Virus record (IMG/VR): IMGVR_UViG_3300029256_000003
DNA from: a virus
Length of the DNA stretch: 60,341 nucleotides
Direction: 5' to 3' (one strand)
Both the position numbers and the translations under genes were made by a program. This document shows, one piece after another, positions 43,361 through 52,659 of the stretch. Every line of letters begins with the position of its first letter. The stretch's first letter is position 1. The notes beneath the pieces are model-generated. The model had not been told where the DNA came from. It searched no databases and was given only the letters and a program-made list of their open reading frames with translations.

Positions 43361-46300
43361 CAAGTTACCATTAAATGTAATAGGGTTGAATCGGGTTGGT
43401 TTGAATCAGATCGGTTCGCCTTCCCGCCGGGCTAATACTTCCGCCCGTCCTTACATCGACCCGGAAGTATTGGCTTCTTTGGTCGCTGTCTGTATCTGTG
43501 ACGGCAAGAGCAACGACGACCCTGACAGGGCTGTAATCAAGAACTTGGTTGACCCAGACAATCCGTTCATCATAAGTAACGCAGCTTACAAGCTCAATAG
43601 TGGGTATGGGAAGTATGAAGAAGATTTTACTGATTGGAGAAAGATAAATCCAATAGATAGTATTTCTTCTGATTCATTTTATGCCGTAAACATAGCTCCA
43701 AATCTTAGAACCATGTTAGTTAGGAATCATAACACCGGAGATGAAATGCCCCAATGGAAAGTTATGGTTTCCGGTCTAAAGGGTGAAATAATATACATTC
43801 TAAGAACTGAATCAGGAAATATTCGTCATCAAATATTGTCAGAAGGAATTAATATACTAGAAAAGAGCTATGCTTATGCTGGAGATGATGTAGTAGGATT
43901 TGCCTTTTATCCAGGTGCTTCCGCTACTATTACCCAAATCCCTTCTTTTGAAGGAGCATTAGTTACTGACGGTAAAGACGACTTAATCACTTCCACCAAG
44001 ACGGTTAAGGAAATGTTGGGAGGAAGCAATGAGGTTACCGTGGTGAGTATGGTTCATCAGATAGGTTTGTCTTCACTGACAACTATTAATAATATTCGTT
44101 CGGAAAGTGTAGCTCACGTAGTTTGTAGGAATATTTGTAGTTCTGCTGGAAAAACAGGTATATACGGGTATTCAAGACAGATAAATACTAACAATCCTCC
44201 TACGCTGATAAATAATATACTTGGAGATAAGAAAGACTATACAACAGAAGGTAACTCAGCATTAGATCCTACTGATAAATTCTTTGTTCAAGGTTATAAA
44301 TACAGTGGCACCATAAGTGAAGTTTCCCAAATAGCCTACTATTGGACATTCATCTCTAACAAAACATTAACCACCGACCAAATCAATCAGGTAATATCCT
44401 ACTTCAATTTGGACAAGCATGTTAAACCGGATATCATCTACGACACCATCCGACAGGGTATCACCAATGAGAACCACGCTTCTTTCAACGATGAGCTGAC
44501 TGACTTCTCCGGTAACGGGCATAATATGAAGATTTACAACTCTGCGTGGAACAAAGAGAGCGGTATCAATGATGAAGGGGCTTGGCAGACTGATGGAGTA
44601 ACAGACTATGGTCAGTATGTAGGAGATTTGGAGCTAAAGGACTATACTATTGCAGTTGATAGGGCGTATGTTGAAGCTAAACCTTCCCAAATATCTATAA
44701 TGAGCAATGTAGTGGATGGTTCTACTAATACGCCTTTTTTAATGGAACATATGGGCATTAATAAAATACTTGCTCCTCATAGTTTTGGTAAATATACTGC
44801 TTTATCAGAGTTAAATATCAATAGATTCATCTCATATCAGTCTACATACAAGTACAATAGAAATAATTTAGATAGAGGTACTTCTACTAATACAGGTTCA
44901 GGGTTGACTATTGGTAGAAGAGGAGGGGTTGCATCTCAATATGCTAATATAGCACTATGGAGTCTATTACTCTTCCCTTACTCCCTTTCCGAGTTCCTGC
45001 TAGAGCGTCAATTAAAGAGGTATAAGTTAGGCACTCTGTATCCAGATATGATAGAGTGGAGACCTATTGCTAAATCCAATATTCCATATAAACAAATTGA
45101 TTACTTCATTAAAAGAAGTGGTACTTATGTAAGATTGAATCCGGGTGATTATTTTCAATCTACTGAGGATATTATTGTTAGAGTTACACCTATTAGAGAT
45201 TGGCAACTTGATGTAGTATCTTCTATTAAAGTAAATGGAAAAAATGAAGTCATAAGTGTAAATTCTAGTTATGCTCAAACTGCCCCTATTCATATAGATA
45301 AATCCCCTCAAAAGATAGACATCACTATTGACGAATACATTAGATACGAGGATATTGTACAGCCTTATCCAGCAATAATTAATCTAAAACAAGATGGTAA
45401 AACTATCACTTGGGGAGATAAGTTGAAAGTAGGCAGTGATATAGTCTTTGCAGGAAGTGCCAACCTTTTACCGGAGCTATATACTGTATCCGAGACACGG
45501 TATAATGGTGTAACGCTTTACCCAAACACTATCATAAAGGTAGAGAAGTCTATGGTGTTTGATAATGCACGTACCTACCTAAAAGCTAATGAGCCGAGCT
45601 GTATCCTGTCGCCTAATAGGTTGAGGATTCCAAACAGTTCTTATAAGATTCTAGGATACATTCCGGACTTGACAGGTAAAGGTAATCATGGGGTAATCAA
45701 CAACTCTGCTTATGTAGGAATGAGTGGAGCTAATGGGTATGTATATAATTGGAATACTTGGAGGATTTCAAAGAGTGGAATTACTAGTACTATTACAGAC
45801 AATAGTCTTCATATAACTAGTCTAAAAGGACAGTACAATCCAAATCAAGCATTATTTGAACCTAATACTGTTGCTAATACAGGTGATAAATCTAACTTTA
45901 AAGTTAATATCACAGGTCTTACATCTGATATGAAATGTACTTTTAATAATGCCGGATCTATTATGAAAGAATTGATTAATGGAGTTAATGAAATATCTGT
46001 CGATTTAGTAGCTGGATGGTATGGATTTATGATAACTACATTAGACGGTTCTGTAATTGGAGATTGTGATATTACTATCCAACAAATAGGACAATACGAA
46101 GGCTCATTCTGTCTTGATGGGGTGGATGACTATATTACCATTCCTACTTTGGCTCATGGTGGTAAGTGTATGTTGATGAAAGTGAATTGGAATAAGGATG
46201 CTTTAATGCTGTATGACCAAAGAATGGATAATAACCCTAATAGCTTCGCTATATATATTCCTAATTTCAATAATAATGAAGACTCTATTGCTTATAGTTC

Positions 46301-46577
46301 TAGGAATGACGGGAAAACTTATATTGATGGAGTATTAAATACATCTGTTAAAGGATCGCAATTAAAAGATGTAACTCATAATATAACTATAACTAATAGC
46401 AATCCTAATAATTATAATATTACTTCTCCAGTAATTGGAAGTAATGCAAAACATAATGCTTTTTATGCTCAAATGGCTCTCTTTGATTTTATGCTCTTCC
46501 CAGAAATATCTAGTGAAGATGAAATAAAGGAGCTAAACGAGGTTATGGGTATTGAGAATAACATTGAAGTAAGTTAA
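43350..46577 (+). CDS. Large tail fibre/host-recognition protein with repeated LamG/ConA-like segments
   Basis: 1075 aa. Repeated (L/F)xTDG(K/V)(D/T)D / FCLDGVDDYITIP signatures are typical of Laminin_G_3-like lectin folds. Confidence 0.6.
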   Translation: MKLNKLPLNVIGLNRVGLNQIGSPSRRANTSARPYIDPEVLASLVAVCICDGKSNDDPDRAVIKNLVDPDNPFIISNAAYKLNSGYGKYEEDFTDWRKINPIDSISSDSFYAVNIAPNLRTMLVRNHNTGDEMPQWKVMVSGLKGEIIYILRTESGNIRHQILSEGINILEKSYAYAGDDVVGFAFYPGASATITQIPSFEGALVTDGKDDLITSTKTVKEMLGGSNEVTVVSMVHQIGLSSLTTINNIRSESVAHVVCRNICSSAGKTGIYGYSRQINTNNPPTLINNILGDKKDYTTEGNSALDPTDKFFVQGYKYSGTISEVSQIAYYWTFISNKTLTTDQINQVISYFNLDKHVKPDIIYDTIRQGITNENHASFNDELTDFSGNGHNMKIYNSAWNKESGINDEGAWQTDGVTDYGQYVGDLELKDYTIAVDRAYVEAKPSQISIMSNVVDGSTNTPFLMEHMGINKILAPHSFGKYTALSELNINRFISYQSTYKYNRNNLDRGTSTNTGSGLTIGRRGGVASQYANIALWSLLLFPYSLSEFLLERQLKRYKLGTLYPDMIEWRPIAKSNIPYKQIDYFIKRSGTYVRLNPGDYFQSTEDIIVRVTPIRDWQLDVVSSIKVNGKNEVISVNSSYAQTAPIHIDKSPQKIDITIDEYIRYEDIVQPYPAIINLKQDGKTITWGDKLKVGSDIVFAGSANLLPELYTVSETRYNGVTLYPNTIIKVEKSMVFDNARTYLKANEPSCILSPNRLRIPNSSYKILGYIPDLTGKGNHGVINNSAYVGMSGANGYVYNWNTWRISKSGITSTITDNSLHITSLKGQYNPNQALFEPNTVANTGDKSNFKVNITGLTSDMKCTFNNAGSIMKELINGVNEISVDLVAGWYGFMITTLDGSVIGDCDITIQQIGQYEGSFCLDGVDDYITIPTLAHGGKCMLMKVNWNKDALMLYDQRMDNNPNSFAIYIPNFNNNEDSIAYSSRNDGKTYIDGVLNTSVKGSQLKDVTHNITITNSNPNNYNITSPVIGSNAKHNAFYAQMALFDFMLFPEISSEDEIKELNEVMGIENNIEVS

Positions 46578-46596
46578 ACAATTAATTAAAAAACAT

Positions 46597-47262
46597 ATGA
46601 AATACGCAGTAGTAACAATCGAATGGCTAGCCCAGCACGGTCTGTTGGCTATCCCCACAATGAGAAAGAGTAAAGACGGAAGTAAGGTAATCCTCCACGA
46701 AGAGTATTTGTCCCCTTACAAGGACGAAGAGTTTCCGAGATACTATTTTGACAGCCCGGAACTGAACGCCCTTCTGTCAAGTGATGAATGGTCATGGACG
46801 GAAGAAGAACATCCGGCAGGCAGTGCGGAATTTATCCAGGTGGCGGCAGCGCAGAACCTTTTGAATGTGACCAAAGCCGGAATTCAAACTATGTCCCTGA
46901 CAGACAACGAAGCGTTGAAAGTGAAGTCCATGTATCCGTATTGGAACGAGTTTATCAGCAAATCACTAACAACCGGAATGAAAGTGCAGTACAACGATAA
47001 ACTCTACCGGGTAAGGCAGAATATTGCTACCGTCTTGGAGAATCAACCGCCAAGCATCAACACCGCAGCTCTCTATGAGGAAATCAACGAGACCGTTGCC
47101 GGAACAAAGGATGATCCGATTCCATACAATAACAATATGGCATTGGAAGAGGGCAAATACTATTCGCAGGACGGAGTTACCTATAAGTGCACCCGTTCGA
47201 CCGGGCAAGCGGTGTACGCTAACCTCTCTGATTTGATTGGTATTTACGTTGAGGTAGCATGA
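46597..47262 (+). CDS. Hypothetical protein, possibly carbohydrate-binding (tentative)
   Basis: 221 aa. The KVQYNDKLYRVRQ and GVTYKCTRSTG segments resemble small sugar-binding repeats. Confidence 0.5.
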   Translation: MKYAVVTIEWLAQHGLLAIPTMRKSKDGSKVILHEEYLSPYKDEEFPRYYFDSPELNALLSSDEWSWTEEEHPAGSAEFIQVAAAQNLLNVTKAGIQTMSLTDNEALKVKSMYPYWNEFISKSLTTGMKVQYNDKLYRVRQNIATVLENQPPSINTAALYEEINETVAGTKDDPIPYNNNMALEEGKYYSQDGVTYKCTRSTGQAVYANLSDLIGIYVEVA

Positions 47263-47651
47263 AACGTCTGTTATACATCCTGACCATTTTCCTGATGTCA
47301 GAAATATGCTTCACAAGCTGCCGGAACATCAAGTCTGTTCCGGTAGAGACCGTGAAGACGGAGTACAAGACACGTGATAGCATCCGTTTTGACAGCATCT
47401 ATGAGCATGACAGTATATTCCTGTTCGTAAAGGGAGATACTGTCTACAAAGAGAAATATCGGTATAAATACCGGTATCTGACAATTAACAAGACAGATAC
47501 GGTTATGCTGACCGATTCTGTGCAGATCCCTTATCCGGTGGAGAAACAGCTAACCCGGTGGCAACAGATGAAAATAGAGCTGGGCGGTTGGGCTGTTGGC
47601 GTAATTATAATACTATCTATTGTATTAATGCTTAAGATGTTTAGAAATTAA
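47259..47651 (+). CDS. Lipoprotein with C-terminal TM anchor (unimolecular spanin candidate)
   Basis: N-terminal lipobox MKRLLYILTIFLMSEICFTSC. C-terminal TM helix LGGWAVGVIIILSIVLMLKMF. Confidence 0.55.
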   Translation: MKRLLYILTIFLMSEICFTSCRNIKSVPVETVKTEYKTRDSIRFDSIYEHDSIFLFVKGDTVYKEKYRYKYRYLTINKTDTVMLTDSVQIPYPVEKQLTRWQQMKIELGGWAVGVIIILSIVLMLKMFRN

Positions 47652-47681
47652 CCGGCACTATCTTCACAGACCGTTTCCGGT
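47651..47681 (-). promoter_or_regulatory. Conserved-loop hairpin, copy c (stem ACCGG/CCGGT)
   Basis: The minus strand reads ACCGGaaaCGGTCTGTGAAGATAGTGCCGGT. It shares a 20-nt identity (ACGGTCTGTGAAGATAGTGC) with 58274-58293. Confidence 0.55.
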
Positions 47682-47858
47682 ATGAAAAGTTTAAGTTTTA
47701 CTCACATAAAAATTTCCAATGGAAAAAGGTTCATAAAGAAAGGAGGATAAAATGATACATTAATTAATACTAAGCAATAAGTTTATCCGGTAAAGTAGAA
47801 GGCCGGATATCGTAGCAAATGTAGCTCTTTTTTTGGGGGGGTAGAGTAAAAAGAACCC

Positions 47859-47887
47859 CCGACACATTAAAGTTGACGCCAATCAAT
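47859..47887 (+). repeat. Repeat element B (inverted relative to element A at 27593..27635)
   Basis: CCGACACATTAAAGTTGACGCCAATCAAT. A downstream GTGTCAGGGGG (47917-47927) also matches element A. Confidence 0.7.
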
Positions 47888-48022
47888 ACTTTAATACACC
47901 AAAGCATACGCCGGTTGTGTCAGGGGGTATAATATCCTTAACATTCCGAAGTATGCTTTTGTTCTTTTGGTATATATGTACTGATTGGCAAAGGCAAAAG
48001 TACAACAAAAAAATTAATTACC

Positions 48023-48319
48023 ATGTGTAAGTCCGAGATTTTTGCCGAAATATTGAACCTTGTAGGAAAAGAAACTGAAGTTTCTACAGAACTAATCCTT
48101 TCATCAACCAAAGTGACCGAAGTCGTCGATGTCCGTTCTATCGTAGTGTTCTTCCTCACTGAATACGGTCTATATCCTGAACAGATAGCCGCTTTACTTC
48201 ATAAGACATCTGCCAGTATACGCTATCTTATATCCACTTTCGAAAGCCGTAAAAATACAAACAAAATGATTGCAATATATCTGCAAAATATTCGTAAATC
48301 GCTTGCAAATGAGTGCTGA
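48023..48319 (+). CDS. DnaA-domain-IV-like HTH protein (putative transcription regulator)
   Basis: 98 aa. SSTKVTEVVDVRSIVVFFLTEYGLYPEQIAALLHKTSASIRYLI parallels the DnaA C-terminal DNA-binding domain pattern. Confidence 0.45.
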   Translation: MCKSEIFAEILNLVGKETEVSTELILSSTKVTEVVDVRSIVVFFLTEYGLYPEQIAALLHKTSASIRYLISTFESRKNTNKMIAIYLQNIRKSLANEC

Positions 48320-48391
48320 TTTAAGCAGTCTCTATTATATACTTTTGTGATGCGGTTAATATTGACCGTAATAAAAAAAGTATAAATCTCT

Positions 48392-49357
48392 ATGGAAAGA
48401 ACGTACGTTTTTAATCAGGACGGTGGAGCGGCTTCAGGAAACGGTCTGCTTGCTTCTATTCTTCCGTCTTTGCAAAACAGAGGGGTTGACACCGGTTACC
48501 TGATGGGTCTGCTTGGAGGCGGCAATGGCAACGGTGGCTTCTTTGGTAACAATGGTGGTTTTCAAGACATCATTGCGCTTATTGTGATTGCAGCTATTTT
48601 CGGAAATGGCAATTTCGGCTTTGGCGGCAATAATAATCAGGGAGCGAACGAAGGAAGAGAGATGATTATGCAGACACTTAACCGAAATGGTGTCGACATT
48701 GCATCACTGGCACAAGCCGTGAACACTTCTTCAGATCAAATCCTTGCCGGTATTAATTCCGTATCACAGGCAATCTGTGGGCTTGGTAACCAAATGGGCC
48801 AGAACACCAACAGCATCCTTACTGCAATTATGCAGGGCAACAACGCTCTGACATCTCAAATCTGTAGCTGTTGCTGCGACATGAAGCAACTTGTAACTAC
48901 ACAAGGATACGAGAGTCAGCTTGCAATGTGCAACCAGACTAATACATTAGTCAACACAGCAAATCAAAATACGCTTTCTTTGCGTGACAGTGCAACAGCT
49001 AACACGCAGGCTATCATTGCCAAGTTGGATGCTATGCAGAATCAGGCGTTACAGGACAAGATTGCATCTCTTACTGCGGAAAAGGCAACTCTTACTGCTG
49101 AAATCTCCCAACGCAACCAAAATGCTACAATTTTAAATGCAGTAGGTCAACAGATTGCACCTCTTGCAGCGGGATTGCAAGCATTACAAAGCGATGTTGA
49201 TGGAATCAAATGCAAGTTGCCCAATACGGTTCCGGTTCAATACCCTAACATTGTCGGTGTAAACATGGATACTTACCGTGCTGCTGCCTTCGGTGCTTAT
49301 GCCGGTGACGCAGCATACAGACGTGGCGGATGCGGTTGTAATAACTACTGGGGTTGA
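48392..49357 (+). CDS. Gly/Asn-rich membrane-anchored coiled-coil protein, function unknown
   Basis: 321 aa. G/N-rich N-terminus, one TM helix (IIALIVIAAIFG), a Q/N/A coiled coil, and a Cys-rich end (CSCCC, GCGCNNYWG). Confidence 0.6.
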   Translation: MERTYVFNQDGGAASGNGLLASILPSLQNRGVDTGYLMGLLGGGNGNGGFFGNNGGFQDIIALIVIAAIFGNGNFGFGGNNNQGANEGREMIMQTLNRNGVDIASLAQAVNTSSDQILAGINSVSQAICGLGNQMGQNTNSILTAIMQGNNALTSQICSCCCDMKQLVTTQGYESQLAMCNQTNTLVNTANQNTLSLRDSATANTQAIIAKLDAMQNQALQDKIASLTAEKATLTAEISQRNQNATILNAVGQQIAPLAAGLQALQSDVDGIKCKLPNTVPVQYPNIVGVNMDTYRAAAFGAYAGDAAYRRGGCGCNNYWG

Positions 49358-49379
49358 TCCGGTAAGAAAGGAGGTAACT

Positions 49380-49796
49380 ATGTGGCCTAACTTTTTTACA
49401 GGATTCCCCTTTCTGTTTCCGACGCTTGGAAGGATCAATAACAACACCCTTCCGACGGTGGGTGTAACGGTCGGTACAGAGAATGTGACATTGGAACTTC
49501 CCAATCATGCATTCCGTAACCGGGACTACGTAGGAAGTTTCTATGTTAATCTTCGCCAGCCTATCCCTGCGGGAACAGCGACAACGCTTCCTGTACTGAT
49601 TGGAACCAATGGGGACACAAGACCGTTGATGGCTTACAACAACGAGCCTATTACAGTTGCAAACCTTGCCGGAACCGGTATTTATGAAATTCACTATAAC
49701 AAGTACACCAATGAGCTGTTCCTTGTTAATGGCGGATACAGACCTACCGCTACTCCGGCTGCTACAGCAGAAGCAGCGTCAAGTAAAAACAAGTAG
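49380..49796 (+). CDS. Hypothetical protein
   Basis: 138 aa from the ATG at 49380 (MWPNFFTGFPFLFP...), preceded by AAAGGAGG. Confidence 0.55.
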   Translation: MWPNFFTGFPFLFPTLGRINNNTLPTVGVTVGTENVTLELPNHAFRNRDYVGSFYVNLRQPIPAGTATTLPVLIGTNGDTRPLMAYNNEPITVANLAGTGIYEIHYNKYTNELFLVNGGYRPTATPAATAEAASSKNK

Positions 49797-49845
49797 TCAA
49801 CACGGGTGTCAGAGTTTATTGGCACCCTATTTAAATTAAATCAAT

Positions 49846-50391
49846 ATGTTTCAGTCACTTCGCACCAATAACCAGTTGTATATACTTCATAAAGATACCA
49901 ATCCATATATTGAATATGGTCCGGTAGTAAGCGTTTCAGCCCCTAAGCCAAAATATCCTATAGCCTCTCCTGTAGTGGGACAGCTCACCCAAATGGAGAT
50001 GGTAGTTGATGTTGTCGTTAGTATCAACGGTCAAAACACTACATTTCAAAATCTCCCTGCAGGAATGGATATTGCCGATTTTGGTCAAAACGGGAATATT
50101 GTGGTATCATGTTCACGAGATGCAATGAACAATGAGGTAGCTTCTATGAAACAAAAAAGCATAGATATCCTAAACAGCATGGACATACATAAATCCGTGA
50201 TTGCCGGATGCGACAAGATGCTTACTCTCTTGAATCCAGAGTTTGCTGAAAAACAGCGTCAAGAACAGGAGATTGCCTCTTTGAAAGGGCAAATGTCGGA
50301 AATGAGCAAGAATATGGCAGATCTTATGGAATTAAACAAAAGGCTAATGGAACAAATAGGAGTAACCGAAACATCTAAAAACAAGAAATGA
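49846..50391 (+). CDS. Hypothetical protein with C-terminal coiled coil
   Basis: 181 aa ORF. Confidence 0.6.
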   Translation: MFQSLRTNNQLYILHKDTNPYIEYGPVVSVSAPKPKYPIASPVVGQLTQMEMVVDVVVSINGQNTTFQNLPAGMDIADFGQNGNIVVSCSRDAMNNEVASMKQKSIDILNSMDIHKSVIAGCDKMLTLLNPEFAEKQRQEQEIASLKGQMSEMSKNMADLMELNKRLMEQIGVTETSKNKK

Positions 50392-50392
50392 T

Positions 50393-50674
50393 ATGGGAAT
50401 GTGGACAATAAGAGAAGAACACGATGGATATGATCGTGACTTCGGAATGCGAGGCAAAAGTGAAATCGAAGAAGCTTATCGTGAAGGCTGCCGCCATGGT
50501 TATGAGAAGGCCATGAGTGAAATGCGTGGCGGTGGAATGGGATTCCGTGAGAATGGACGCTACGACAGCGATGGCATGAACGAGCGTCGTATGCCGGGTT
50601 ATTTCCCGGAATCCCCTATGTACGGAGATATGGGAGAGCGCAGACGCAGACGCTCAAACGGTGAGTTCTATTAA
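50393..50674 (+). CDS. Small charged G/R/M/E-rich protein
   Basis: 93 aa ORF. Confidence 0.5.
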   Translation: MGMWTIREEHDGYDRDFGMRGKSEIEEAYREGCRHGYEKAMSEMRGGGMGFRENGRYDSDGMNERRMPGYFPESPMYGDMGERRRRRSNGEFY

Positions 50675-50678
50675 TCGT

Positions 50679-51140
50679 ATGAGGGGAGAAATCCCCTCTT
50701 ATTCTAATAAAGCAATTATTATGGGACAAAGACTAGATACGTATGACAAGATGCCGACGGCAATGAAAAATTATCTGTCATTATACGGCTGGCACTTCTC
50801 TAAGAAGATGTGCGAATGGGCTGTTTCTAAAATGGAAGTTGAGAACAAGACTACCAAGCAGAAGGAAAAGCTCGTTCCGATCAAAAAGGAAGAGGTGGAG
50901 GAGCTTCTGAAAAAATACGGAATTAAACTGGAGAAAGATGCCGGGTACGATTGCGTATATGTAGCCAATATGGCGAAAGCTGATTATTATAAGAGTTCCA
51001 TTACAGATGAATCCCGTTTGGCATTATTCTTGAAGGATTACATAGATGATCCAGACGGATATGACGGACTTCCTTTTACCCGTTTCTATGCGGATTGTAT
51101 CGGAAGTGGCACACCTATAATGTGGGATGATATGCTCTGA
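50679..51140 (+). CDS. Hypothetical protein
   Basis: The track ORF starts at GTG 50661. ATG at 50679 or 50721 is more likely. Confidence 0.55.
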   Translation: MRGEIPSYSNKAIIMGQRLDTYDKMPTAMKNYLSLYGWHFSKKMCEWAVSKMEVENKTTKQKEKLVPIKKEEVEELLKKYGIKLEKDAGYDCVYVANMAKADYYKSSITDESRLALFLKDYIDDPDGYDGLPFTRFYADCIGSGTPIMWDDML

Positions 51141-51143
51141 TTT

Positions 51144-51569
51144 ATGATAGTCCAGGATTTCTACATACCGAAATATGATTGGAGAGTTAGGGTGTATTAT
51201 GCCGTAACGACTTACTGGATCAGTGAGATTCTATGCGAACTTCACCGTATCGGTTGTAGAGGGGAAGATTTCAAACAGGCATACAGAAACCTCTCTTCCG
51301 GGGCTCTCAATACCGGTCTTACATATTCGGACTTTGAGGAGCGTGAGACTGTGATGGTAATTGCTCTCACTTCTTCCCCGGGAGAGTTCCAAAACTCATG
51401 GGACCACGAAAAAGGGCACTTGTGTCGGCATATCTCACAAGCATTCAATATTGACCCCTACGGGGAGGAAGCCCAATATCTTTCCGGTGAGGTAGGTCAG
51501 AAGATGTTCCCGATAGCGAAGAACTTCTTGTGTGAACATTGCAGGAAAAACTTATGTCGAAGATATTAA
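51144..51569 (+). CDS. Small putative zinc metalloprotease-like protein (HExxH)
   Basis: 141 aa with WDHEKGHLCRH (HEKGH matches HExxH). Confidence 0.45.
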   Translation: MIVQDFYIPKYDWRVRVYYAVTTYWISEILCELHRIGCRGEDFKQAYRNLSSGALNTGLTYSDFEERETVMVIALTSSPGEFQNSWDHEKGHLCRHISQAFNIDPYGEEAQYLSGEVGQKMFPIAKNFLCEHCRKNLCRRY

Positions 51570-51801
51570 GGGGCATTTTGTCAGGAATATATGTAACAGG
51601 CGAAAATGAGAGAAAAAGACTACATAGATGATTTGATTTCACAGGCAGATGACCGGTACCACTCGGATTTCTGTCGGCTTCTGTTGGTTATGCTATGGAA
51701 CGCCTAGAAAGGTGGTTGTACTGGCTGATTCCTCTTGCGATTATTGCGAAGGTTGCATCTTTGTGCTTGTCCCTGGCTATGTAGTCGGGGATTTTTATGT
51801 T

Positions 51802-51857
51802 AAATAGTAGAAAAATAGTTATTATTACTTGGTAATAGTAGAAAAATAGTTATCTTT
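51802..51857 (+). promoter_or_regulatory. hicAB-2 promoter with two perfect 20-nt direct repeats
   Basis: AATAGTAGAAAAATAGTTAT at 51802-51821 and 51833-51852. The second overlaps the -7 box TAtcTTTG (51850-51857). Confidence 0.6.
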
Positions 51858-51913
51858 GCGGTGTCAAATCTTCATTGTAAGATATAATTTTTAATAAAAG
51901 AAAGGAGGTCTGG

Positions 51914-52105
51914 ATGACGAAAAAAGTAAAAGAGGTAATCGTTTTACTTGAGAAAAATGGATGGACTTTCGTTCGAATAAGAGGTGACCATCGTATATAC
52001 TACAAAGAAGGAGCTAAGAGGCCTATAGTAGTTCCAGGTAATCTAAATGATGACCTAAAAGATGGTACTTTGAATTCCATTTTAAAGGAGGCAGGGCTAA
52101 AATAG
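51914..52105 (+). CDS. hicA: HicA-family toxin (second copy)
   Basis: 63 aa. VKEVIVLLEKNGWTFVRIRGDHRIYYKEG..PIVVPGNLNDDLKDGTLNSILKEAGL. Confidence 0.8.
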   Translation: MTKKVKEVIVLLEKNGWTFVRIRGDHRIYYKEGAKRPIVVPGNLNDDLKDGTLNSILKEAGLK

Positions 52106-52176
52106 GCCCTGTCAATCCTCATCTCCTTGAACAATTAAAAAAGTATATTTGTTAATGATAATAAAAACTTCTACAC

Positions 52177-52581
52177 ATGGTAACATTAAGAGTAATCATC
52201 GAGCGAGCGGATAATAATTATTCTGCTTATATTGATGGCGTTAATGGTATAACTGTTACAGGTTCTACTATTGATGAAATAAAAAAGAACATGATAACGG
52301 CTATTGGAGTCTTTATCGAAGAATGTTCTGAATTGGGGTGTGAATTGCCCGATGCATTAAAAGGTGATTATGAACTATCCTTTAAAATGGATATAAAATC
52401 ATTTTTGGATTTTTATGAAGGTGTATTTTCAAAAGCCGGATTGGAACGTATTACGGGGATTAATCAGAAACAATTATGGCATTACGCTTCTGGCAATAGA
52501 GTTCCACGTCAAGAGCAAAATTTGAAATTAGAAACAGCCTTGCATAAACTTGGTGAAGAGCTCCTTTCCATTTCTTTATAA
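52177..52581 (+). CDS. hicB: HicB-family antitoxin (second copy)
   Basis: 134 aa. RVIIERADNNYSAYIDGVNGITVTGSTIDEIKKNMITAI is HicB-like. Sits directly after hicA. Confidence 0.75.
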   Translation: MVTLRVIIERADNNYSAYIDGVNGITVTGSTIDEIKKNMITAIGVFIEECSELGCELPDALKGDYELSFKMDIKSFLDFYEGVFSKAGLERITGINQKQLWHYASGNRVPRQEQNLKLETALHKLGEELLSISL

Positions 52582-52659
52582 CTGCCTCTTTAAAATGGAA
52601 TCCTCCCGGTGTATTAAATATGCCGGGATTTTTTATACCTTTGCCGAAAACTAAATATT

